Shown here: piece after piece, positions 54,301-64,000 of the stretch
Position numbering within the stretch: position 1 is the stretch's first letter
How the letters are laid out: every line of letters starts with the position of its first letter
Made by a program: the position numbers and the translations under genes
NCBI RefSeq assembly: GCF_964355755.1
Contig: NC_092673.1
Location: 3,844,001-3,908,000 of the forward strand
Origin: Antedon mediterranea
Taxonomy: Eukaryota; Animalia; Echinodermata
Direction: 5' to 3'
Length of the DNA stretch: 64,000 nt
Notes under the pieces: generated by a model
What the model saw: the letters and a program-made list of their open reading frames with translations, nothing else
Told to the model about the DNA's origin: nothing
Database searches by the model: none

Positions 54301-57300
54301 TTTGATGCTTGTATGTTTGTGTAAGGGTCATGTCTTTGAATGCAATCAGAGCGTTGGGAAAATGAAGATTGTATAGTGTGATGACAATGTTAAAAGTATT
54401 CCATGTTGAATCACTTTGTTAGCAATGCCTGCATTTAAAAATAGCTTTTTTTTATTCAGTATTAATAACTCATCTCCAGTCGTACATAGGCAATATGCAA
54501 TTATACTTCCGTTAATAAATCACAACGTCCTTTATTAGATACTGAAATTAAAAATAAACTGAGTACAAGAGTAATATGCTGTAATGCTAAGCTCAACCTG
54601 TGTACATTTTAAAGGACTGAACACACTTGTACCACTCAACACTTTCCATGTATTTTCGCATTCGCTTCAGAGGAAATCCTGCACTGTACAGTAATCCTTT
54701 AATATTTATTGGATTCGTGAATTTCCTTGGATTTTAATCTCTAAACTAATATAATTTTGCTAATTAATATGCCAGTGTTTTAATATAAAATGTTTGTTTA
54801 TTTGAGCTGGTGGTTAGACAACCTGCAAAGCTGTATAAAAACATCAATACACCACAAAATTCAATGCGCTTTTTTTTAATTCATTTTCGTCAGTAAACCG
54901 TTAAAAAAGAATTACTAAATTGACTCGTTATTTACCAACTTGCGTTGCTTTGAAATTAGGCACATTTTCCGACAACAGCCAAAATGCGCCGTGATCACGT
55001 ACGGTATCTTTATTAAAGTGGACTGTCCTCTTAATGCAATCAATTTTCGATTGCGCGGTGAATCATAGAGAACCATCAACATTTCCTAGCCTTGCAGTAA
55101 TGGTGTGTACATACAACCAATTTGATTACATTCTTGAGTGCAATCGTGATGTTTAAATATGTTTTGAAGCTTGCTTTCTTGATATCTTTTCCATACTGTA
55201 CATAATATTGATTTTTTTTTCATCAAACATACATTGAATTATGGTCAAAATTTAATTTAACTATAAATTTAATATCAGACATTCTATCAATATTTCATGA
55301 AAATCTGAGCCCAATACTGGAAAATGTTTGTGTTATATCAAGACATATATTGATTTTTTTTTCAAACATACAGTACATTTATCATTGGATTATAGTCAAA
55401 TATCAAATTTTCATTTAACTATAATTTAATATATCAAACATTTCATGAATATCTGAGCCCAATATTTGAAAATGTGTCCGTTTTCCTATCGCTTTATGTT
55501 CTACCGAGACATTGTAATAAACTTTGATGTTGTTTTGTTCTGTAAAATACATAAAAATTTAGTAGTAGGAGTGGAGTGGTTTACAAATATATCCAAAAGC
55601 TAAAGTTTTCGTACATATTGAGGATCTTCCTTTCTTTGATACGATATGAAATGATTATTGTTTAATGATGAACATAACAATTTGAAGTGTTTTTAATTTG
55701 TCCACGTAGCTCGTCTTTTTAGAAACACAAAACTTGTGAGATTTTCGTCAGTATCCACCCTCTATCAGTTTCTGTGAATAACATTTCATGCATCATAAAT
55801 AATATGTACAGTATAGAAATACATAAAGCATCTTTCTGTATAATAAACAGAGAATTTCATTCTGCTTCACAACAAAAACTAAATCATTAGTTGACAGTTT
55901 ATGAAAATTGTTTTCTTTTCTAATTTCTTCTTACAGAGTTAGTCAACCAGAATGCAGAGTAGAATTGAAAGATACCTACTGTGCGTTCCACATGAATGGC
56001 ACTGGTGGTTGCATACCTCCGGCTTTTACCAAGAAATCACTAGTAAGTATAGTACACCTGTAAAGTCTTAATGTTGAATCTTTAAAGCTGAGGTACAGGC
56101 ATGAATTTTGAATATAATATCTGGTTAATTGTACATAAATCAAATATTTGTAACAGAAATCAAGACGAAAAACATGAATTTCCCTTAATATGGTCAAATA
56201 CAAAATTTGGAAAAATTCTGCTATAAAAACCAGGAAGACTTTTTTTCAGTAGTTAGGTAGTTGAACCTAATGTAATAACATGTCTGGTGACTCCCTAGAA
56301 GGTGAAAAAAGATGGCGGATATACGGTGGATAATTTTTCCTATAGCATGAAAATAAAAATCTGAAGTTGAATAAAAATACCAGAAATGTAAAATTCAAGT
56401 TATATTACCTATAGTCATCTGATAACATTTTTTACCAAACCGTTTATTTTTTTATAGCTTTTTAAAATTCCTCTCTATTTACAAAATTTGTGTACAAAAG
56501 AATAGAGATTTTACTGTGTAATTTGAACTATCCCACCACTGATAAGAAAGTGCTTATTTTCAACAAGCTCGTGTAACAAAAATAAAATCTCAAAAATTAT
56601 GAAACATAGGGGAAACTATAGATCGATAATTATTGGAATGTATGATCAATAGAAATTTTTTGCCCGCACCTGGCCTTTAAAGTCTTCTAAACCTGGTACT
56701 ACTGTATATAATATAAATCGTAACAATTTTAGTGGACTGTGTTTTTTACGTGACTAGCTTACCTGGATGAACCAACATAGGCCTTTTCCCCTTCAAGGGG
56801 AGAACATAACGGAAAAGTAACAATTTATTCCTGAACTCCCCTCCAAGACTGGTATCGCCCATAACAATTTTAGTATTCCAGTTATAACTGAATCTTAGAT
56901 GTAAACAGAACAACCTTGCATGACCATGAGCCTAAAGAGTAAAACCTGAATTAATTTAGTACTATTCTATACTACGGTACTGAATACAAATTATCTGTAT
57001 AATTGTATTAAATTTAAATCAAAAGGCAATAAATTAGTAAAAAAAATTACAATGCTGTGGGTATCACTATCAGTGGCTTGATCTAAATGGAGATACAAAT
57101 AAAATAAGGAAAAACCTAAATAAAACGATAAAAATTGATTTTAACATATAAATACCCGAAACAATTCTTAAAAATGCGTTGATTTATTAAATTAAAAACA
57201 AAAACGAGACACAATTTTAATTGAATATGATTCAAATATCATTGAAGATTTGTCATGGTGTAATTTAATGTCATGCTTCAGTAGTTTATGATACTTAATT

Positions 57301-59149
57301 TGATTAGTAAGTAGTGGTTAGATTTGATTCACCTTCCTTCCACCACTGTATGTCTTTATTTCTCCGCAATTTGGATCATGAATTGATTGGCCAATTTCTT
57401 TACTCCACCATCAAGGCTGCTGGGAAATATAAAAACATTATACTAGTTTAAACAGTTACTAATCAAACAGTAGCTACATTTTTTGCTGTGATAATGCACT
57501 GTATCTTTTTTCAATGTAGGAGTTTATTTTGGCATTCACTAGAAGTATGCAATAACCAGGATTATCCAAAAATTGATTTACATTCCCTAAAAAGTGATTG
57601 AACTAACTAGTTATTACATAACATAGAGTGAGTGAGTGGCCGAGCGGTTAAGACAGTGGAACCGTAATCACGTAGCCATAACATCGGCAGGGGTTCGAGG
57701 CTCACTCACTCCATGGTTCTGGTGGTAGAATGAGTCTTCTCGGATAAGGACTATAAACCGTAGGTCCAGTGTACACATCTAGCTCGTGTGCACTTTAAAG
57801 AACCTAGTACATCTTTCGAGATGAGTAGGGGGTTACTCCGGCGTACTAGTACATCACAGCCACTGATCACCGACTGGGCCCTCTGGGAGACCAGCCTTTG
57901 ACTGAAGAGGTTACCCAGTATAAACAGGGAGTTGACTCCCTGGTATAAATATATATTTCAATCAATCAATATTCAGTAGCTACAGTATAATATTTGATAT
58001 ATATGTAATCTCTAAAAAGTGATTGCACAAAACTAGTTGTAGTTATTACATAACATATGCAGTAACTGCAGTAACTGCAGTAGAATGTTTGACATGGTCT
58101 CTCTAAAGTCAAACACAACTTCCGTGGATTAATTTTTAATACCTGATGTACTGAATATATAATAGGTTGATGATATCTATACGGATCATTTCATGTAATT
58201 ATCCAGATCAGTAAAGATATTGAAATTACAATTAGTGAAGTTGTGGCTTGGTGGTTATGATGCTTGGCTACCAATCCAAGGGTCCTGGGTTCAAGTCCTG
58301 TAATATGTCAGGATTATTTTTTTCTAATGACAAATTACAACTTCACTCCCAAAGACTTGTAATAAGACTGTGTCTGTGTAGAGCATCTTGTGTTTAATAT
58401 GTTTGTCTTGTGAACAGGATTGCCACCTTTAAGAAGGATAGTGAATAAATTTGCTTTTGGTTATCCTTGGCAATTTTCCTAAATATAAAAAAAAAAAACA
58501 AAAACACAACAGACCTACAGTAGTTTAAAAACGGACATATAGGATGTAACAACTTTTGTTGGTTGGTCGATGGACCTATACATTTATAGGTTCATGGTTG
58601 GTGCATAGAGGATTATTTGTCCTCCATGGCTGGTGTCATTAAGGTGGGTGTGACAGGATGCGCTTGCACCCTTCCTGTCCGAATCCTGTTATTATCTATT
58701 ATAAATTGATTGCCAGAATATAAAACAGGTTGCAAAAGGATACAAACGGCTTACAAGATTTACTGATTAGATTTAACTTGCATTCAATGAACTAAAGCTC
58801 TGTCTACACTATGAAACTAGATTGACAAAAAAATGTGTGATGTGCCCAAATATGGTAGTAATATACTTAAATATAGTAGTGATATGACATCATCATGTCC
58901 ATATATGGGCACATCACATTTTGTTGTGACCTAAAGTTTGATAGTGTAGACAGGGTTTAAAATGATAAACCTTAATTGGAATTTTTGGTTTAAATCTTTA
59001 ACACGATTTCACCATCTTATTTGATTGTCATCAGTTAAAACTTGTTCTCTTCTAGGATGGACGTCGTTTGGCACCAGGTCAAATTCAGTTCAGTTACAAA
59101 GCTCTTCCTGAGATGGGTACTAGGCCAGATCTTACAGAATTCAAAAAAG
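33395..59149 (+). CDS. Partial gene (3' end beyond window): signal peptide/anchor, divergent SUEL (Gal_Lectin)-like domain and xylosyltransferase-like Cys motif; exons 33395-34338, 52436-52510, 55937-56042, 59056-59149
   Basis: Exon 1 is a 314-codon ORF with a hydrophobic N-terminus and FTCPRGSYI...NFG...CLGHQTC...DPAPGKRKALNIKVTC. Three downstream exons with good acceptors and donors join in phases 2/2/0/1 to give GYSGWCKASAPSQLTMANDVWDIIGRVSQPECRVELKDTYCAFHMNGTGGCIPPAFTKKSLDGRRLAPG. Exon structure is well supported; product identity is inferred. Confidence 0.75.
34968..35310. repeat. Tandem repeat, about 100-110-bp unit, about 3 copies
   Basis: caatagac(a/t)gtatgaacaggaccttagtgttttatagtgta...tatgatcttctgctgtatactagtagtg recurs. 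Confidence 0.85.
36541..36810. repeat. About 145-bp tandem duplication
   Basis: atctaaactgcagtattgaatgaaattga starts at 36541 and 36686. Confidence 0.75.
37115..37460. repeat. Imperfect tandem repeat (about 115-bp unit, about 3 copies), probably the 3'UTR of the RTE remnant
   Basis: ctttgtttttaattttcattctttgttaatcttgctgg...tctcatgttttcg recurs at about 37122, 37237 and 37345. Confidence 0.65.
37490..37910 (-). mobile_element. Decayed RTE-clade LINE 3' remnant
   Basis: Minus-strand peptides WEECKYLGSNLDTEKDIKRRKSLAAMAYNKL and KRPVGRPRNNWMNQIKKDL..NRKKWKQIV are typical of the RTE ORF C-terminus. There is an internal deletion between them. Confidence 0.7.
38515..38670 (+). mobile_element. tRNA-derived SINE family F; other copies at about 18165-18410 (-) and 31338-31532 (-)
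   Basis: Head gtagcttggttgttaa...ggttcaatcc; shared tail aatgagac...tcctgtaattggcgagt...ttggatgcgtatgaaa. Confidence 0.7.
38688..38750. repeat. Short dispersed repeat (tttcgtgcctagcttacctggataaac..gaca); copies also at about 46805, 50175-50217 (inverted), 56745-56800 and 63470-63530
   Basis: Visual match among five sites, all within introns of the SUEL gene. Confidence 0.6.
39542..39857. mobile_element. Second Kolobok-like element (diverged)
   Basis: TTAA|AGTTATTGTC ... GACAATA(GGCCTA)TATCT|TTAA. Confidence 0.45.
41913..42000. repeat. Left arm and central mini-hairpin (AACGAGGCAAAGCCGAGT) of a palindromic dispersed element split by the LINE
   Basis: 41913-41984 is the near-perfect reverse complement of 44531-44605. 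Confidence 0.85.
42001..44530 (-). mobile_element. 5'-truncated non-LTR retrotransposon of the CR1 group (L2/Crack-like), antisense in the first coding intron of the SUEL gene
   Basis: RT ORF, AT-rich 3'UTR with internal imperfect repeats, and a (TAAA)n tail at 42001-42014. The endonuclease domain is missing through truncation. Confidence 0.9.
42509..44530 (-). CDS. LINE reverse transcriptase ORF2 fragment, about 670 uninterrupted codons
   Basis: RT motifs WKTASIVPVPK, LRPISLT, QYGN, DFTTAFD, GVPQGTKLGP, KFVDD and KLLG, plus C-terminal LYIRPLTEYACVVWH and IERLQKRACKII. Confidence 0.9.
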   Translation of the reverse strand, partial: KPTSKALITRPFRESCIRSMGQWITQESWEEVYLAESGERMAEILENILKQKYEEHFPQKVIRRRNNEKPWMNYRIHKLIDERQKAYRSNNINLWRSLRNKVKYEINKAKEKHYKDNIEGLKNAQPGKWNKTIKNITGYNKKSDNVKLNNYGESVEEQAEQINEHFSRVCCQLPPLRLETLPSYLPTKPPPKIYHGEIWKSLNKLNSNKSGHPDDIPVKLIKLFSFEIAQPLFLIFNTCLNEGVFPTVWKTASIVPVPKVKKPTMVGQLRPISLTKILGRVFESFLAGWLKTDFEPVLDCKQYGNVRGTSTTHYLVDMLNTVISNIDVPGTYATLCTVDFTTAFDRINHNVAISKMIESGVRPSIIPTISSFLMNRTQCVKFKGHCSGLRTITCGVPQGTKLGPSIFTVMVNDAGNTTDNRWKFVDDLTLGEIINIKNNSTSSELQSHLDSLSCWCKQNDMLPKPSKCHVININFMKSQINYPQFTISGEKIDTVHSMKLLGLELQDNLGWDIQIKSIISRASRRMFLLYALRGYSAPIGDMLSIYQLYIRPLTEYACVVWHSSITKQQTNEIERLQKRACKIILGQDYESYDTALTQLKITSLAERREKLTLKFGEGILKSERHRNMLPAERPNISRLRNPNRFTLPKIKTNRYKNSTIPYIINKLNSSCEK
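44531..44752. repeat. Right arm and tail of the same palindromic element
   Basis: Inverted match to 41913-41984. It continues to ccaatcaaatgacaggaatttatataggtgttatataa; the right boundary is approximate. Confidence 0.7.
44886..45462. repeat. Minisatellite, 86-87-bp unit, about 6.5 copies
   Basis: tgttact(aa/ac)g starts at 44994, 45081, 45168, 45254, 45341 and 45427; units are nearly identical and there are no spacers. Confidence 0.92.
45935..46056. mobile_element. MITE family A copy abutting a Kolobok-like element
   Basis: Diverged TIRs with the family A internal motif. Confidence 0.65.
46063..46688. mobile_element. Kolobok-like non-autonomous DNA transposon (TTAA TSD, AG..CT termini)
   Basis: TTAA|AGCCCCATTCCCTAC ... 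GCAGGGAAGGGGTCT|TTAA, with a CpG-rich interior. Confidence 0.6.
47928..48180 (-). mobile_element. tRNA-derived SINE family H (CORE-like central motif)
   Basis: Minus strand shows A box TAGCCGAGTGG, B box GGTTCAATTCC, cccagtccactcagctg..gagtacctgg and a tail accttaactttgccttac. Confidence 0.65.
51452..51617. mobile_element. MITE family A copy
   Basis: Same TIRs; TTA/TTA flanks. Confidence 0.8.
52634..52746. mobile_element. MITE family A copy (short)
   Basis: Same TIRs; TAA/TAA flanks. Confidence 0.8.
53284..53600 (+). mobile_element. tRNA-derived SINE with a Deu/Nin-type central domain (family D)
   Basis: A box TGGCCGAGCGG and B box GGTTCGAGGC, then ggataaggactataaaccgtaggtcc...ttaaagaacc...gagtagggggttaccccggtgt, which resembles the DeuSINE core; A-rich tail. 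Confidence 0.8.
57626..57970 (+). mobile_element. SINE family D copy
   Basis: Highly similar to 53284-53600; carries an 18-bp hairpin insertion in the tail. Confidence 0.8.
58236..58416 (+). mobile_element. tRNA-derived SINE family G; other copies at about 20634-20811 (-) and 30823-30985 (-)
   Basis: Head gtggcttggtggttatgatgcttgg..gggttcaagtcc; shared body actcccaaagacttgtaataagac...tgtttgtcttgtgaac. Confidence 0.75.
58796..58957. mobile_element. MITE family A copy
   Basis: Same TIRs; TAA/TAA flanks. Confidence 0.8.
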
Positions 59150-60229
59150 GTAATTCATATAATCTTCAAGAAACATACTTTTATACAATTTTACTTTCCT
59201 GAAGTCATATTAAGCACCGATTAGGTGAGATTGTTTGTGTGTTTATAGACTGAAAACAAAGAACAAAGGATGAGAACATTTTAAATCTTTCCTTTAATTG
59301 GTCTAAATATTTTTGTGATTTTCCTTTTAACATATATTTTCTTATTTCTATTCTTACAAACCAAAATATCCAGTTACTTTCTCTGTTTATTCAAAGGTCA
59401 TATGATGATGCACTAAATTAATGTATTAGCATATCTTATAGGAAACTTCTAATTAATATGCTGCCTTATGGCCTAAAATGATAATATTAACTGTTTATAA
59501 TTAAGATCAAATGGTTTAGAAGAAGGGGTTATCAATTTTATTTAAGCATGATTATTAAAATATGACCTAATACCCAAAAAATAGCATAGAACACAACTTA
59601 TTGTCTATCAAACAAAAACTTACTCTTACTCTATGGATTTGAACCAAAGACTTTGGCATTGTTGGGATTGGTAAGTGATCATACAACCACCAAGCTACAG
59701 TTTCAATACTACTGTAGTATTTAGAGAGACACCGTTATTTTTTTTCGGTTGATATCGTTTTACGAGTGACAGTCGTGATGATGTTAAGGTCTCTGAAAGC
59801 AAATAAATGCTTTGGATGGTTCATTACAGGGTGATTAGCTCTAAGTAGCATAACAAATCAAGCTCACTCTAAGATCAGCTTCACTTTATAATGTAAACCG
59901 CATGTCGTTAGTAAACCAGGCCATTACACATGAAGCCATCATGAAATATATGCTGGTGTTTAGAATGTGATTGATAAATGTTATTTTGAAAGAATATCAT
60001 TGTTTGATCTTGTACTGTAAATAGTATTTTTCAAAACTTCTTTGCTTTGAGTTTTGCCAATATCCTAGTGGTATAAGTTTATTTATTTGTCCCTGTGGTG
60101 TCCTGCTAGAACTCCATTGCCTTTTTATTTTCTATAAATATTATCTACAGTATATTGATTCATAATTAATATTACTTGTTTATATAGTAAGGTTTATGTC
60201 ATGAAGGAATAATTTCTCCATGGTTAAAC

Positions 60230-60445
60230 CAAAGCAATTTAACAACAACAGGACACTGAGCTTGCCTTGCCAAGATAAGAACTTGATCAAAATCAGTCCT
60301 TTGAACTTATGTCTGGCTGCGATAAATACCAACAGTAATATGTACTGTGGCGTGGTTTCTGTTAAGGGGCGTTGAACTGGTCGTGTCGCTGCCACAGATA
60401 AGCCCTTTGATCTCCGGAGTTAAAATTCTTATTATTGAAGATTCA
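60230..60445. mobile_element. Diverged, inverted second copy of the P-like MITE
   Basis: Shares gagcttgccttgccaagata, cttatgtctgg, ataaataccaacagta and ccacagataa...tttgatctccggag with the reverse complement of 15679-15886. Confidence 0.7.
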
Positions 60446-63400
60446 TTTTCACTACTAAAACTTTCACTACTTTGAAACGATGTTTATTGTTCATGTTCTC
60501 CTATGATGCCCTGTAAGAACTCTTGAAAACAGTTCTCTATTTTTCACATCAATACACAACTTGTATCCTATATTATTGAATATTAGAACATGTATTTCTT
60601 TATAATTTAGTAGGCCCTTGACAAAAATTAGTATTTCATGTGGTTTTCTAGGTTGCCTTCCTTGAATTTTAAAATTTGGAATCAATTATAATATTGAACA
60701 TCGGAACTGTATTTATTTACAGTAGTAGACGCTTGTATTAATATTAATATAATATTAACAATATTACAGTTATTGTGTAGTTTCTCTAGGCTGCTTTCCT
60801 TGAATTTTTATTATAAATTATTGAACATTGTAAACTGAATTTCTTTTTACATTAGTACAGTAGACTCTTGACAAACATTCTAGGTGTTTTTTTTTTAGGT
60901 TGCCTTCTTAAAATTTCAATTAATGTTTCATTTTCATTCTCTCTTATTAATTAAAGTCCCATTTGTTTGCTACCATGATTTGGTCGGTCAAGAACCTTTT
61001 CTTTTATTCCATCAATAGTCTGACCCCATCTCATCATGATTGGCACCGGTATATAACATCTTAATCACATGTTATTGTTTCATAAAAATAAGAAAAAACC
61101 CCTTCTGAAGACACTACCTAAACAGGAGGCTTTCCAACTTTAATCTTTAAGCAAAGCTACGACAAACGAGAAAATATAATTAATAGCTTAATAACTTGCC
61201 ATCTAATTATACACCTCACTGACTCCGAAGCAAATCAATCATTGATATAATTTTTTTTTAAAGGTGAAATATTTTATTCATATCGACCTATATGTAAGCT
61301 ACTGATTAATGTTTACTTTAGTGCAAATCTATGACAGATAATATGATTATCTAAATTAATCGATTTTGAGTCAGAATTGAGGCAGTGTATTTAAAGTACC
61401 GAACCGAAGCGTTCGGCTTGAAGAGCGTTTTCTCACGAGAATGCTTTTTTCTTCACTGACAGGAAAGCTTGGTTTCCTGTCTAGGCTCTAAATGTTACAG
61501 TATAGTTTGACTGCTACAACCATACAATGGTAGATTGGATGGGAGTTTTAAGTGTTTCTCTCATGAGCTTCAGAAATAAAATCATAGGCTTAAACAGCTT
61601 AGAACATTGTTTTAATCAACCTAAAAAGACGTATCATTTTAACCTATTGCATCTTTCATTATAACATGAATTTCTTTCATTTTAATGTTCCATTTGTTTC
61701 ATCAAAGTTTCATTTTACAGTTCAGAGGGATTTCTTCAGTGTTATAAATAAATCTTAAAACAAAGTTAAAAAAGAAACTATTATGCTGTAGATTTATAAA
61801 TGATATTGATAATTGATATTGTTTATCATACAGTATTACAAAAGTGAAATATATTAACAAATGGAAGTGTAGCATGGTAACATGGTTCTAATTTTAGGAT
61901 TCTGGGTTCACTCATTATGATATGCTTTACCATCTTCACACTAGAGTAGCTCATGATGTTTTTTTTCCCCTTTTGTGGAAAATAAACCACTGATTGTCAA
62001 ATACTGTAAAAAATGAATGCAAAAAAGGTGGTTACTGTATAAAAAGTTTTTTTAAAATAAAGCAATACACTAACAGTAATTATTATAAGCAAAATGTACA
62101 GTAGCTCTAGGTTTCCATTTTGTTTTTACTTTTTTAATTTTGACGTTGAAAATGTGGCAAGTATTATTCACAAACCATCTCACTATTTTGTATTGAGGTT
62201 CTCCCAAGTGAAGATTTGTCCATATAAGAAAAATCTATTTATGACAGTGTATAGATTTTAACCAACTTAGATTTGACTAATTGAGGAGTGGGTCATATGA
62301 AGTTCAAATATCATTACTACTAATATTTGTATAGATCAATATTAATAAATAAGTAAATAATTCTAAGATAAATGATAGCTTTATGAATACATACATGGCC
62401 TTCTTTGTACTATAGATAGAAATAACTAACAATCCAAGAAATGTGTGTACTTGCCTCTCTACCTGTCTCCACCACACTACATACGGTATATCATTTTTAT
62501 TATGCCTAATGACTTATTTTAAAATTCACATTTGTTCAAATTTTATATTCTTTTAACCTTCTTATAATAACTTTGCTATATAAATCAAAATAATATCTGG
62601 CAATAAATTCTACAGTGTCTGAGATTTTCAATGAGTCTGGTACTGAGGAGAGAGTTTTGGCTAACTAAACTGTATTTTTTGTGTTAATACTAGATATATT
62701 GAGATATTGGCTGTTTCTGTCTGATTAAGAGTACAAGGCTAAACCTGAAAAGAATCCTATTTAAACATCGTGTATTTTTTTTGATATTCAAAAATAGTAA
62801 CTAGGATAAAATTATGTCAACAGAGTTGAATTATTCTTGCACAATAATACTTTTAAAAGATAAAATGAAACATATGTTCTAAAAGCTAATATAAGACAGA
62901 ATTTTAATATGTATCAGTTATTTGAATCGAAAGCATCTATGTGCTGTACATTATTGACTGTAATAATATCATTTCTATTTTCATGTGTGCAAACGTCGAA
63001 TCATGTTGCATACATTTCAATCAATATAGTCTTCTAAGAATCCATTTACGTTAAATGGAGAATGGTTAGAATATATTTTATAATGCAGAATCCATCTATC
63101 ATCTTCAACCATCATTTTATAACTTTCTGCATCTTTGCTTTCTCATTTGTACAAATCTCTACCTTAGGCTTGCTTGCACTAAGATGTTTTGATATTAACT
63201 GTGTTGTGTGCCAATTATATTTTGAGGTTCACGGTATTAATAGTTAGTCTATTAATGTGTGTCTCATTTACAATGATAATTGTACGATTATTAATCGTAC
63301 ATTAGGGAGTTGGGTCTTGCAAGGTCACCTATTTCTACCTCATCTGGTCATTGCATTAATTAAGAAAAATTATGCAATGAGAATTGTGAAGATTTGTTTG

Positions 63401-64000
63401 GACATAAACATCTTGCCATAGGCCTACATCATTGATAATTTACTAAACAATTTACAGTATGGTTCACTAGTCTATTTCGTGCCTAGCTTACCTAGATAAA
63501 CCGACACTTGCTCTATCTCTCCGACGAGTAGTACTGTTGAGCACCCTTATCAAATAATAGTATACTACTGATTGATGGATGTTTCAGATAATTCTTATTA
63601 CTGTAGATATTATTTGATATTCTTAAATACTTGTATTTGTAGGTTAATTGGGCATTTTCAGTATGGTCTATTGAGATGCTTGTGTTTTTGTCTAGATTAA
63701 ATTAAATTAAAACATTTAAAAACCCCAGCCTATATATTAAATACAGTTACTGCTTAGTATTTTTTTAAATAAATCTATACAACATACATTTCCATGAATT
63801 AACTTATAAAAAGATGTGGTATTGATAACAAAAAAGTAGAAATTTAGCCTATGGGAAGTTTTGTGGTAGTGGGCCCAGCAGGTTGTTTATTTTGTCTTCT
63901 GACCGTAAGGTCATAAAATATGAATATACCGATCCGATTTCTTTTTGTTTTTCTGTACTATTACTTGAATATAATTTTTACCATCAATCCTGTTTCTTGT

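Noticed and set aside
47928-58416. tRNA-like A/B-box sequences at several sites
   Set aside because: They continue into shared SINE bodies and lack convincing cloverleafs and terminators, so they are SINE heads and not tRNA genes.
63062-63247. Possible fifth exon of the SUEL gene near 63168
   Set aside because: The peptide shows no GT14 or other recognisable motif and the donor is weak; the next exon is probably beyond the window.
50-63247. Remaining 60-110-aa ORFs in the track
   Set aside because: They are antisense shadows of real exons, repeat-derived, or F/I/L/K/Y-rich chance ORFs of AT-rich DNA with no splice or domain support.

Overview
AT-rich, intron-rich animal genomic DNA; a marine invertebrate, plausibly an echinoderm or other deuterostome (inference only). 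I could splice four protein-coding genes by hand with consistent intron phases, arranged as two head-to-head pairs. The first pair is alpha-catenin (minus, 19 coding exons, about 905 aa) and the GH38 alpha-mannosidase MAN2B2 (plus, 19 exons, about 1076 aa). The second is a NAT8/camello-like GNAT acetyltransferase (minus) and a large-intron gene (plus, runs past the window end) whose product joins a signal peptide, a divergent SUEL-type lectin domain and a xylosyltransferase-like Cys motif. A fifth candidate, a TATA-driven small secreted-peptide gene at about 28-29 kb, is missing from the ORF track. Non-coding DNA is dense in transposon material: Harbinger-, Tc1/mariner-, MULE-, Kolobok- and P-type MITEs, four tRNA-SINE families, a young CR1-group LINE inserted at the apex of a palindromic repeat, an RTE remnant and a Penelope-like remnant with a decayed hammerhead ribozyme. 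The most striking signal is a set of tiny scars: CATG or CAGG hairpins with 7-bp target duplications, TACAGTA and TAGGCCTA. Comparing paralogous repeat copies shows several of them are insertions, and they match the expected excision footprints of DNA transposons. No prokaryotic system, CRISPR array, rRNA or bona fide tRNA gene is supported. All coordinates and alignments were read by eye.
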